Below, piece by piece: positions 1 through 9,362 of a stretch of 64,000 nucleotides of DNA. A program made the translations under genes and the position numbers. The DNA is from Patescibacteria group bacterium (GTDB taxonomy: Bacteria; Patescibacteriota; Minisyncoccia; Portnoybacterales; GWB1-42-6). The stretch covers positions 82,183 through 146,182 of the forward strand of contig JAKLIA010000002.1 of assembly GCA_022709865.1 (NCBI GenBank), given 5' to 3'. Under the pieces are notes generated by a model. The model worked only from the letters and a program-made list of their open reading frames with translations. It did not search any database and was not told the DNA's origin. Position 1 is the first letter of the stretch; each line of letters opens with the position of its first letter.

Positions 1-1003
1 ATTGATCCACGAAATAACGGGCTTGCGTTTATGGAAAAAAGCTGCATGTTTTACCGCTTCGATCACCGACAGATACGCATCAGACAGAACAAAGTCTCCC
101 GTGCCAAAGTATTTCCCCACGATTCCGATCTTGACCGGCTTTGAAGCGGTTCGCGAGATATTGGCCAGCTTTCGCCAATCGTCTAAATTAGTTTTTCTAG
201 GTTTTAAAGACAGTTTTTTTAAGATCAGGTCGCTCATCTTATCTTTCTCAAAGTTTATCGGCACTTCGTAGATCGTGTCGATATCGGGAGCAGAGATCAC
301 ATCTTCTTGGCGCATATTGCAATTCAAAGCGATCTTTTCTTTTCGCTTGCTGTCCAGCGCTACCGAAGAGCGCGCCAAAATAATATCCGGCTGCACGCCG
401 GCCGAGTTTAAAGTGCGCACGGCATATTGCGTGGGCTTGGTTTTCATCTCGCCGATCTTATTGGGAATTGGCAAATAACTCACCAGCACGAACAGAACGT
501 CTTTGGGTTTTTTAAGCCGCAACATTCTGGCCGCTTCTAGAAATAAAACATTTTGGTATTCCCCGACCGTGCCGCCAATTTCAATGGTGATAAAGTCTGC
601 CTTAGCCTTCTTTATAGCCGCCTCGATGCGCCTGATGACCTCCAAGGGGATATGCGGCACCACCTCAACGCACTTGCCGCCATATTCCATATTCCGCTCA
701 CGATGGATAACCGATTCATAAACGCTGCCGGTGGTCATATAATTGATTGCTGGCAGGTCAACGCCCAAAAATCGCTCATAGTTTCCCATATCTTGGTCGC
801 ATTCCGTCCCTTCGTCCAAAACAAAAACCTCACCGTGTTCGGTGGGGTTCATAGTGCCGGCGTCGACGTTAACATAGGGGTCGATTTTTATGGCGGTGAC
901 TTTAAAACCGCGGGATTGCAGCAGTTTGCCGATCGAAGCTGTCGCCACCCCTTTGCCCACGCCAGACATTACGCCGCCAGCCACAAAAATATACTTTGCC
1001 ATT
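1..1003 (-). CDS. pyrG: CTP synthase, N-terminal ~334 aa (partial; C-terminus lies beyond window start)
   Basis: Minus-strand translation from ATG at 1003 runs uninterrupted to position 1: MAKYIFVAGGVMSGVGKGVATASIGKLLQSRGFKVTAIKIDPYVNVDAGTMNPTEHGEVFVLDEGTECDQDMGNYERFLGV... This is the classic CTP synthase amidoligase N-terminus. The plus-strand ORFs listed here (2..1017) are short antisense fragments. Confidence 0.9.
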
Positions 1004-1080
1004 CAAGTATAATTTGATCCTAAAGCCCTGAAGTTTAACGGAGGTCGCAAACTTCAAAGTTTTACGAAAAAATAAAATTA

Positions 1081-1557
1081 TTACAAGTCTTCGTCCTCTT
1101 CTTTTGAATCGCCGACTTGCTCGTTGATAATAAGTTTGATCTTTGCTTCCAAGCCGTGGTCCATTTCCAGCGTTATTTCGTGATCCCCAAGGGTCTTGAT
1201 ATGTTCGTCCAACTTAATGTTGTTCTTAGAAACTTCAAAGCCTTTGTCTTTTAAGATCTTGGCTATTTTTATCGGGGTGATAGAGCCGTAAAGCTTGCCT
1301 TTGGCATCGGCCTTGCTCTCTATTTCAAACTCCTGGCCATCTATTTGCGCCGCGATCTCTTCTTGCGCTTTAAGATCTTCTTCCGCTTTTTGCGCCAAAC
1401 CCGCCTGGACTAATTCCAGCTGCGCCAATTCCGCTTCGGTGGCCGGCTTGGCCAAGCCATTTTGAAAAAGAAAATTTCTGGCATAACCATCCGAGACTTC
1501 TTTTATTTCATTTTTTTTGCCCACTTTCGGGACATCTTTGGTAAGGATAACTTTCAT
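1081..1557 (-). CDS. rplI: 50S ribosomal protein L9
   Basis: [44 protein letters not shown] matches the L9 N-domain. The ORF track starts at a TTG at 1572; ATG at 1557 (MKVIL) is the more likely start. Confidence 0.9.
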   Translation of the reverse strand: MKVILTKDVPKVGKKNEIKEVSDGYARNFLFQNGLAKPATEAELAQLELVQAGLAQKAEEDLKAQEEIAAQIDGQEFEIESKADAKGKLYGSITPIKIAKILKDKGFEVSKNNIKLDEHIKTLGDHEITLEMDHGLEAKIKLIINEQVGDSKEEDEDL

Positions 1558-1633
1558 AGTCTTGCTTTTCAATTAATTATTAATTTATTTTATTCTATTT
1601 TACACCGGCTAACCCCTGCTTGGCAAATCATTT

Positions 1634-2836
1634 TTACTTCAAAAGTTCCAGGGCTCTGTCCAGCTGCGGATCGCGCCCATTATCCACGTCGTCATTGGTA
1701 ATTTCCACTTTAACATCCGGCTCCAGCCCATCATCCATAATAGAATGCCCGGACGGCGTTAACCATTTAGCTACGGTTATTTTTAATGAAGTGCCGCTGG
1801 ATAATTGTTCAAGCTCCTGCACCGAGCCTTTGCCAAAACTTTTTTCGCCGATCAATATAATTCCTTTATTATCTCGCAAAGCGCCAGCCAGAATTTCGGA
1901 AGCTGAAGCTGAACCCTGGTTAATTAAAACTGCCACGGGATATCCGTTTAATTTATTTATTCCGCTGCTTTTATGCTCGATCTTTTTGCCGTTGCCATAA
2001 TCTTCGGCCACTACTAGCTGGTTTTTATCCAAAAACCAGCTGGCGATCTCAACCGACGATTCCAAATAACCGCCGGGGTTATTTCTTAGGTCCAAAACTA
2101 TGCCTTCGGCGCCGGAGGTTAATATCTGCTGGACCGCATTGGCAAACTCAGCCGTTGAATTATCGGTAAAGTGATATAAAGCTAAATAAGCGATCTTTTT
2201 ATTCCCCACTGATTTTATTTCCAGCTTAACTATCGGGATATTAATAACGTCGCGAGTTATTTTGAACTCTTTTGTTTCGGTCCAGCCGTCCCGCAAAATC
2301 GTTAACACCACTTGTGTGCCTTTGGCGCCTCTTATATAACTGACCGCTTCGTCCACGAACATTCCGGAAGTCGCCTTATCATCAACCTTTAAAACTTTAT
2401 CCCCCGCCTTTAATCCAGCGGCCATAGCCGGCGAATCGGCTAAAGGAGAAATAATAGTTATAATTCCCTTGCGCATGCCAACTTCCGCCCCTATTCCTTC
2501 TAAGCTCCCCTTTAAAGATTGGGAAAAATCCTTATTTTCTTCCGGCGTCATAAAAACAGTGTAAGGGTCTTCCAGGGAGTTTAACATCCCGGAAATTGCG
2601 CCGTAGACCATTTTTTGGTAATCGAGGTTTCCACGATTGACGAACTTTTCCTGGACCTTAACCCAAGCGTCCCAAAATAAGCTAAAGTCAACCGAAGAAG
2701 TTTTCCCGTCTTCCAGATTTTGCAAGCCGCTTACTTTTTCAATTGCCGGCCGGGTATTTTGCCCATACCAAAAACCTCCCGCAAAAATGCCAACAGCTAA
2801 AACAATAATTAAGATCGGATATAAAAACTTTTTCAT
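1634..2836 (-). CDS. ctpA: C-terminal processing (tail-specific) peptidase, S41 family, with PDZ domain and N-terminal TM anchor
   Basis: N-terminal TM helix, PDZ-like GIGAEVGMRKGIITIISPLADSPAAMAGLKAGDKVLKVDD, and S41 catalytic region GGYLESSVEIASWF...NQGSASASEILAGALRD. Confidence 0.85.
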   Translation of the reverse strand: MKKFLYPILIIVLAVGIFAGGFWYGQNTRPAIEKVSGLQNLEDGKTSSVDFSLFWDAWVKVQEKFVNRGNLDYQKMVYGAISGMLNSLEDPYTVFMTPEENKDFSQSLKGSLEGIGAEVGMRKGIITIISPLADSPAMAAGLKAGDKVLKVDDKATSGMFVDEAVSYIRGAKGTQVVLTILRDGWTETKEFKITRDVINIPIVKLEIKSVGNKKIAYLALYHFTDNSTAEFANAVQQILTSGAEGIVLDLRNNPGGYLESSVEIASWFLDKNQLVVAEDYGNGKKIEHKSSGINKLNGYPVAVLINQGSASASEILAGALRDNKGIILIGEKSFGKGSVQELEQLSSGTSLKITVAKWLTPSGHSIMDDGLEPDVKVEITNDDVDNGRDPQLDRALELLK

Positions 2837-2845
2837 TATAAGATA

Positions 2846-3655
2846 TTAATTGCTGTCGATTATTTTCTGGCCGCGCCATTTCCAAAAATATTTAATAGCG
2901 CTGGCAATGTGTATCCAAGTATATTTATTAAAAAATAAGTCCGCTACGCCGCTGGTCTTTTTGCTCAGCCGGCCATGATAATGGTGCATCTGGGCCTCTG
3001 GGAAATAAACCACCCGCCAGCCATCAGCCAAGAATCTCCGGCACCAATCAGTATCTTCAAAATATAAAAAAAATCGCTCGTCCATCAAACCGACTTTCTC
3101 CAGGGCTTGTCGCCGCAACATTAAAGCCGCGCCCAGCAGCCAATCAACATCTTTAACGCTTTGCTTATCAAAATCTTTCATAGCAAATCTAGCCAACTCT
3201 TTTTTTCCAAGGCTAGACCGGCCTAAAAGCGTCCGGCGATAAATGATGGTCAAAAGCTTGTGAAAATGAAAACAGGATTCCTGGATAGTGCCGTTAAAGT
3301 TCAGCAGCTGCGGCCCTAGCAAGCCGATCTTGGGATTAACCGACAGATAAGCAACTAGTTTTTCCAAAGAATCTTTAGTGGCCAAAATATCAGCATTCAG
3401 AACCAACAGATATTCTCCCTGGGCTTGGCGCAAACCCACATTCACCATTTTAGCATAACCGGTGTTTTTATTGAACGGAAAATATTTAACTTCCGGCCAA
3501 TCGCTTTTTATCATTTCTTCTGTTTCGTCCTGCGCCTCAGAATCCATTATTAATATCTCAGACGGCAAATTAAAGCTGGCTGCCTTCAATGATTCCAGGC
3601 ACAGCTTTAAAAGTTCCGGCGTTTTATAGTGAGTGATAATTATTGATAGCTTCAC
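2846..3655 (-). CDS. Glycosyltransferase family 2
   Basis: MKLSIIITHYKTPELLKLCLESL... LVLNADI ... DxD/ED-type motifs; GT-A fold. Confidence 0.8.
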   Translation of the reverse strand: MKLSIIITHYKTPELLKLCLESLKAASFNLPSEILIMDSEAQDETEEMIKSDWPEVKYFPFNKNTGYAKMVNVGLRQAQGEYLLVLNADILATKDSLEKLVAYLSVNPKIGLLGPQLLNFNGTIQESCFHFHKLLTIIYRRTLLGRSSLGKKELARFAMKDFDKQSVKDVDWLLGAALMLRRQALEKVGLMDERFFLYFEDTDWCRRFLADGWRVVYFPEAQMHHYHGRLSKKTSGVADLFFNKYTWIHIASAIKYFWKWRGQKIIDSN

Positions 3656-3661
3656 GATTTT

Positions 3662-4705
3662 TTATTGGAATATATTTTTGCAAGCTTCTTGGATCTTAGA
3701 GAAATTATCTCCTTGCGGCAATAAGATATATGAACCGCTTTCAGTGTGGCTGGAATATAGCAAGCCTTCGGGAGTGGTATCAAAAACTTTATGGACAATA
3801 TCGTTGAACTTTAAGCCGTCTACCATGGATAATAAAGATTGAAAATCGCTCATGCCCATATCGGTCCTAACATTTCGGCCCAATGAATCTAGGATCTGAA
3901 AAAGTTTGACCGGATTAGCCAAAACCCCAAGAGACAACGCTTTATCTTTCATAGCAATTAAAACTTTCTGTTGGCGGCGCGCCCGGTCAAAATCGCTGGT
4001 AGAAAAACGCGACCGGACAAAATAAAGCGCTTGGGTGCCGTCTAAGTGGTTATCCCCGGCCGGCAGATCGATTATCATCTCTTTGGCAAATTGGGCTTTT
4101 TCCGAAAACGGAGCCTCCAAATATACGTCTACTCCGCCCAGAACATCAACAATTTCTTTGAACGCGGCGTGGTCAATAGAAATAGCCTTATCCAAATAAA
4201 GGCCGGTGACTTGAGAAACGGCTATCTTGCTAAAAAGCAAAGCGCCGGCCACTCCTTTTTTTTCATAGCCCAAAGCATAAGCATAGTTTATTTTCTCCTT
4301 AATATTGGTGCTCGGGGTAATAACATAAAGGTCGCGCGGCACGGAGATCAAAGCCACCTGGCCCGTTGATTTTTTAATGCTTAGAACCATAATGGAATCT
4401 GTCAGCAATCCGCCATTTGGATCATCTTCCCCGCGCAAACCCAGAAGCAAAATATTCAAGCGGTCGCTTTCCGGCAAAGGCGTGGCCATATTTTCCGTTA
4501 AGTCCGTCAAATTGCCCAATACCTCAGTCTTCATTTGGCTAAAAGTAAAGCTGGTTTTATAAACCAAGGCCGCACCTACTCCAAGCAGCGCAATAATCAA
4601 AATCATTATCCAGGAACCGAACGCAAAACGCCGCCAAATCGATTTTGGTTTATTTCTTTTATCTGCCTCTTCTATTATTTCTTGCTCGAAATTATCTTCA
4701 GACAT
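3662..4705 (-). CDS. LytR-CpsA-Psr (LCP) family cell-wall glycopolymer phosphotransferase
   Basis: N-terminal TM helix then LCP core NILLLGLRGEDDPNGGLLTDSIMVLSIKKSTGQVALISVPRDLYV. Confidence 0.85.
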   Translation of the reverse strand: MSEDNFEQEIIEEADKRNKPKSIWRRFAFGSWIMILIIALLGVGAALVYKTSFTFSQMKTEVLGNLTDLTENMATPLPESDRLNILLLGLRGEDDPNGGLLTDSIMVLSIKKSTGQVALISVPRDLYVITPSTNIKEKINYAYALGYEKKGVAGALLFSKIAVSQVTGLYLDKAISIDHAAFKEIVDVLGGVDVYLEAPFSEKAQFAKEMIIDLPAGDNHLDGTQALYFVRSRFSTSDFDRARRQQKVLIAMKDKALSLGVLANPVKLFQILDSLGRNVRTDMGMSDFQSLLSMVDGLKFNDIVHKVFDTTPEGLLYSSHTESGSYILLPQGDNFSKIQEACKNIFQ

Positions 4706-4723
4706 TGTTTTTATTTATATTGT

Positions 4724-5767
4724 TTACTTGAACCATTTTTTCATCTCTTCGGCGCCAGCCTTTTTGCGCTCCATTATCAAGCGGCGTTTTTGCCACGCTC
4801 GCGGCGCCAGCCTGACCAATTCTTTTATCGACTTCCAGGTATAATGTTCAAATAATAGGACATAAAGCCAAGAAGCGATTTCCTTGGGCGCAAAATAAAA
4901 AAAGTGCCGCCACAATAAACGAAAATCCTCATTTTTAATTTGCATCAGGCGCTGATTTTTAAAAGAATGGTATTTGCCAAACTTATTTATTTTCAATCGC
5001 TCTTTTATTATTCCCAGATACCCCGTTTTAGCGCTGTCTCCGGCAGTTCGGGCATGCCAAGCCACGGCTTTGGGCTCATAAAGCGCCTGCCAGCCAAACA
5101 ATCTTAGCCGCCAAGCCAGATCCACATCCTCTTTATACATGAAAAAATCCTCGTCCAGATATTCTTCTTTTGAGCCGATCTTTATTTTGGCATCTTCCAG
5201 GGCTGCTCGCCGATAAACCGGCAAGGCTCCATCAACCCCAAAAACTTCTTCTGCCTTATCAAATTGGCCTTGGTCTTGCCGCCCTTGCCCCCGCGCGATA
5301 ATGCGCCGATTTTTTAAAATAACCAAACCCGTCGTATCTATTATATCGGTTTTTATTAATTTTTCATCTTCAACCTTCAAACGCAATATCTTAACTTGGA
5401 CCGAACCGACTTTTTTATCATTAAAACCGTTCACGGCTTGAGCCAAAAAATCTTCATCTAGAACAACATCCTGGTTAACCAGACAAATTATCTCTCCCCG
5501 GTTTTCCCGCAAAGCCAAATTATGACCGCCGGCAAAGCCCAGATTATCTTTATTGGCAATAATTTTATAAAAAGGAACCTTCAAGCCCGAACTTTGCGCT
5601 TCTTTAATAATAGCTTCCGCGCGTTCCGGCGTGCCATCGCCAGAATTATTATCCATAACCAGCAATTCAAAATTATCATAACTTTGCGCCAAGATCGCCC
5701 TCAAACACGGCTCCAAATATTTTTGCGGCTGAAATAAAAGCAGGTTAACCGAAACTAGCGGATTCAT
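4724..5767 (-). CDS. Glycosyltransferase family 2
   Basis: LVMDNNSGDGT...LVNQDVVLDEDF ... FFMYKEDVDLAWRL typical GT2 motifs. Confidence 0.8.
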   Translation of the reverse strand: MNPLVSVNLLLFQPQKYLEPCLRAILAQSYDNFELLVMDNNSGDGTPERAEAIIKEAQSSGLKVPFYKIIANKDNLGFAGGHNLALRENRGEIICLVNQDVVLDEDFLAQAVNGFNDKKVGSVQVKILRLKVEDEKLIKTDIIDTTGLVILKNRRIIARGQGRQDQGQFDKAEEVFGVDGALPVYRRAALEDAKIKIGSKEEYLDEDFFMYKEDVDLAWRLRLFGWQALYEPKAVAWHARTAGDSAKTGYLGIIKERLKINKFGKYHSFKNQRLMQIKNEDFRLLWRHFFYFAPKEIASWLYVLLFEHYTWKSIKELVRLAPRAWQKRRLIMERKKAGAEEMKKWFK

Positions 5768-7347
5768 ATTTTTTCAGATTTAAAAATACTTTCTCGCAAA
5801 TTATAAAGTGTGGCTGCGCCGGCCGCAAAAAATAACAAAACTTTATCATTAAAAAGCACCACATCAAAGAAACTGTAGCCCAAAATCCACACAAAGTAAA
5901 GGCCAAAAATAAGGCCAAAAACCTTAAAATATTTATCCGCGCTCCTCCGCCAAACCAGGCAACTCGTCCAGAGAATATCCGCAAAAACTACCAGCAAAGC
6001 TAAAAGCCCGGGAAGGCCAACTTCAGCTGCCACATCCAAATAAAGATTATGGGCCGAAGCGCCTTTTTTAGCCGCCAAAGCACCCTCGTTGATGACCGAA
6101 ATAAAATTGCCTGTCCCCACGCCTAATATCGGATGTTCTTTTATAGACAATAAACTATTGCGCCATATTTCTAAGCGCCCTTTGTTTGAGGTTTCGTCCA
6201 GATCGGAAATTGACCGGGCGCGCTCAAAAAAAGATATGGTGCTGGAAGAATATTGGCCGGTTTGCCATTCCTGAACTTTATAGAATAAAGGAGGATAGAC
6301 AGTTGAAGCTAAAAAAATTACGGCAAAAATAGCTAAGCTGTAGATTGCCTGCTTTGGCGCCTCTTTATCTGATTCTTTAAACCAAAAATATAAAGCGATT
6401 GCCAGCACCGGCAAAGCACTTATCCAAACGCCGCGCGAGCCGGAAAATATTGCCCCCAGCAAAGCCAGGCCCGCTAACAACCAAAAAAACTTTTTTCTTT
6501 GGCCAAAATATATCGCCAAACACAAAAATACCGGAACAGACAACAAAGAGAACATCGCAAAAGAATGCGAATCAGGAAAAACTGAAAATAAGCGCAAAGT
6601 GGGCGGCGCAGCGTCATAATAAGCAAACCAAGTATTGGAATAAGCCAATAGGTCCGCCAAGTTCTGGCCATAAAAAAAGTTTATGACTTTGCCGGCCCAG
6701 AATTGCCAAAAGCCCACCAAAGGCGCAAATAAAACAGCAACAAATTGAACTAGCGCCACAGCGATAACCGCTGTTGCGCCCGTGGCTAGCGCCCGCCAAA
6801 CCCGCAAAATATTTTCTTTGCCGCCCGCAGTCTGGCGCACGATAAAAAATAATAAAAAAATGTTTATCCAAAATAAGATCTTTTTAACCGCTAAGACTTT
6901 ATAGTCGGCCACCCCGATAGATAAAGCACAGATCAGCAAAAAGGCAAAGATTCCCCAAGCCAAATAGCTGATCTTAGTGCTCCCGATTATTTTTTTAAAG
7001 AAAGCTAAGCAAATGTGGCCAAAGCGTTTTGGCTTAGTTGCTTCCCCATAGCAATTTTTTAGTTCTTTCACCAGCCAGACTAAAAATAAAACCGCGATCA
7101 TGACCCGCCAATTGGCTAAGGTATCCAGGCCCGAACTGATCGGCAAAGCGGCGGCTAACGGGATAGAGGCGATAGCTAGCCACAAAGAATCCGCTACCGG
7201 AGAAAATATCATATAAAAAATTGCCAGCCCCGTCCAAACCAAAATCGCCTCGCGAGGAACCAGCCCCATTGAGCCCAAAACCACTATCACCAGCTCTAAA
7301 AAAAATACCAAGTTTAAAGGAGTAAAATATTTTTTTAAACTATTCAT
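5764..7347 (-). CDS. Polytopic membrane protein, O-antigen ligase/polymerase (Wzy_C)-like
   Basis: About 12 predicted TM helices with a periplasmic loop FSGSRGVWISALPVLAIALYF typical of the Wzy_C/O-antigen ligase family. Sits inside a GT cluster. Confidence 0.6.
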   Translation of the reverse strand: MNSLKKYFTPLNLVFFLELVIVVLGSMGLVPREAILVWTGLAIFYMIFSPVADSLWLAIASIPLAAALPISSGLDTLANWRVMIAVLFLVWLVKELKNCYGEATKPKRFGHICLAFFKKIIGSTKISYLAWGIFAFLLICALSIGVADYKVLAVKKILFWINIFLLFFIVRQTAGGKENILRVWRALATGATAVIAVALVQFVAVLFAPLVGFWQFWAGKVINFFYGQNLADLLAYSNTWFAYYDAAPPTLRLFSVFPDSHSFAMFSLLSVPVFLCLAIYFGQRKKFFWLLAGLALLGAIFSGSRGVWISALPVLAIALYFWFKESDKEAPKQAIYSLAIFAVIFLASTVYPPLFYKVQEWQTGQYSSSTISFFERARSISDLDETSNKGRLEIWRNSLLSIKEHPILGVGTGNFISVINEGALAAKKGASAHNLYLDVAAEVGLPGLLALLVVFADILWTSCLVWRRSADKYFKVFGLIFGLYFVWILGYSFFDVVLFNDKVLLFFAAGAATLYNLRESIFKSEKI

Positions 7348-8458
7348 TATTGGCCGTTAAGTATTTTAAAGTTTTAGCTGCGCATATTGCCCAGGAAAAA
7401 TTATCAGCTTGTTTTTTGCCTTTAACCGACAGGTCTTCTCTTAGTGCTTTATCGCGCAATATTTTATTCATAGCGCGCCAGATCTCTTTTATGTTCTTAT
7501 TATCCTTTATCAATAAAGCCGCCTCCCCTGCCACTTCGCCAAGAGAAGAGCCATCCGTGGTGATGACCGGCGCGCCCAAACTCATTGCTTCCAGCACCGG
7601 CAAACCGAATCCCTCATAGTCGGAAAGCCAAATAAAAAACGCGCAAGCGCTATACAATAATTTTAACTCTTCGTCGCCGATAAAATCAACCTGCAAAATC
7701 GCTTGGCGCCCTAAACGTTCGTTGGTTTTTTTAATTAGTTTTTCTACGGATAGGCCGCTAGTATAGTCTTTGCCTCCGAGCAATAATTGGCTTTTATTTT
7801 CTTTAGCGATCTCTTCAAAAGCGGCGATAACTTGGGCTAAATGGCGGCGGGTAAACATCGACCCGACAAAAAAACCAAACTCATTCTTTAAGCCGTATTT
7901 TTCCTTTACTTCATCGGCCTGGCCGGCAACGCCGGATAAAAACGGGCTAACCGCCAAAGGCGTAACAATGATTTTTTCCGGATCTAAGGCATAGTGCTTT
8001 ATAATTTCCTGGCGAGAAAACTCTGAAGGCGTAAAAATTATCGCTGCTTTTTGCGCTGTTTTTTTAGACGCCCATTTAAGCAATATTTTATCCGCTAAGC
8101 TCGGCCAATTAAAATCTTCCGGCCGCGCTTCATAACTTATATCATGCAAAGTAATAGCGGTTTTCCCTTGATATCCGATCGGCGCGCGATAATCCGGGCA
8201 AAATAAAATATCTACTCGGTCTTGCTTGGCTGCCCGCCCCAGGTCCCAATTCATAAACTTAGCTGTGCTGCCAATTTTTAATAGCCGGTATTCAAAATTA
8301 TTGGATTTGGGCACATCGGCGGGGATCTCGTTTTTAAAATACAGGATAAATCTAACGCCAGAATCTGCCTTACTCCATTCGTTAAGCAAATTAAAAACAT
8401 ACCGCCCTACGCCGGTCCGTTTGCCTTCTAAATTATGAGCATCAATGCCAATTAGCAT
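7340..8458 (-). CDS. Glycosyltransferase family 4 (GT-B)
   Basis: C-terminal EGFGLPVLEAMSLGAPVITTDGSSLGEVAG signature of GT4/GT1 retaining transferases. Confidence 0.85.
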   Translation of the reverse strand: MLIGIDAHNLEGKRTGVGRYVFNLLNEWSKADSGVRFILYFKNEIPADVPKSNNFEYRLLKIGSTAKFMNWDLGRAAKQDRVDILFCPDYRAPIGYQGKTAITLHDISYEARPEDFNWPSLADKILLKWASKKTAQKAAIIFTPSEFSRQEIIKHYALDPEKIIVTPLAVSPFLSGVAGQADEVKEKYGLKNEFGFFVGSMFTRRHLAQVIAAFEEIAKENKSQLLLGGKDYTSGLSVEKLIKKTNERLGRQAILQVDFIGDEELKLLYSACAFFIWLSDYEGFGLPVLEAMSLGAPVITTDGSSLGEVAGEAALLIKDNKNIKEIWRAMNKILRDKALREDLSVKGKKQADNFSWAICAAKTLKYLTANNE

Positions 8459-8462
8459 AATT

Positions 8463-9362
8463 TTAATAATACCCTTCTAGCTTCCCTTTCTTGCCCCGCC
8501 AAAAATCACATACCCCTCGCATGACGGGCTTGGCCCAATCTTTTCTATATTTAAAAACTAACTTGGCAACCTGTTTTAAAAATATCCAAACGCTAAATAA
8601 GGGAACTATTATTCTATTGCCAAATCGCTCTCCAAACATCAACCCGTTGCGGGAATGGTAATAGATATACGGATATGACGCCTCCACCGTGCTGCGCGAT
8701 GCCTTGTGGTATATTTTGGCTTGAGGCACCAGCAAACTTCTAAAACCCGCTCGGCTAGCGCGCAAACACCAATCAGTATCTTCGTAGTATAAAAAATAAT
8801 CTTCGGAAATTAAACCGATCTTTTTAATAATTTCCGCTTTAATTAGCAAACAAGTGCCGCTAATATAATCCACCTGTTCGGCAACCTGATAATTTCCATC
8901 CTCTGCTTCCTGATATGCAATTAGTTCGCCTCGCGTAAAATTATTGGCAATTCGGCCGCCCGCCGACCAGATCTTATCTTTCTCGTCATAAAAACAAATT
9001 AACGGCCCAACAATTCCAGCAGTTTCATCGTCTTCCGCCTCCGCCACTAGCTTAGTTAAAAAATCCGGCTCAACCGTGGTGTCGTTATTCAACAACAAAA
9101 CATAATCAGCTTTATTTTCTAATGCCAATTTTATGCCCTGATTATTAGCCCCGGCAAAACCCAGATTTTCCTGGTTAAGAATTGTCCTAACCTTAAACTT
9201 TTGACTGCTAAAACCTGCCGTTTGAGGTTTTTCTTTTGAAGCATTGTCTATCAAAATAACTTCAAAATTATCGTAATCAACGCGAGCCAAAGAATCCAAA
9301 CACTCCTTGGTGTCCGGCCAGCCGTTAAAATTAATTATTATTATAAAAACTTTTTTATCCAT
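8463..9362 (-). CDS. Glycosyltransferase family 2
   Basis: MDKKVFIIIINFNGWPDTKECLDSL...LLLNNDTTVEPDF...YYEDTDWCLRA. Confidence 0.85.
   Translation of the reverse strand: MDKKVFIIIINFNGWPDTKECLDSLARVDYDNFEVILIDNASKEKPQTAGFSSQKFKVRTILNQENLGFAGANNQGIKLALENKADYVLLLNNDTTVEPDFLTKLVAEAEDDETAGIVGPLICFYDEKDKIWSAGGRIANNFTRGELIAYQEAEDGNYQVAEQVDYISGTCLLIKAEIIKKIGLISEDYFLYYEDTDWCLRASRAGFRSLLVPQAKIYHKASRSTVEASYPYIYYHSRNGLMFGERFGNRIIVPLFSVWIFLKQVAKLVFKYRKDWAKPVMRGVCDFWRGKKGKLEGYY

Noticed and set aside
2-1017. Four plus-strand ORFs (89, 67, 72, 154 aa) at the window start
   Set aside because: They are antisense fragments over an uninterrupted minus-strand reading frame encoding a textbook CTP synthase N-terminus.
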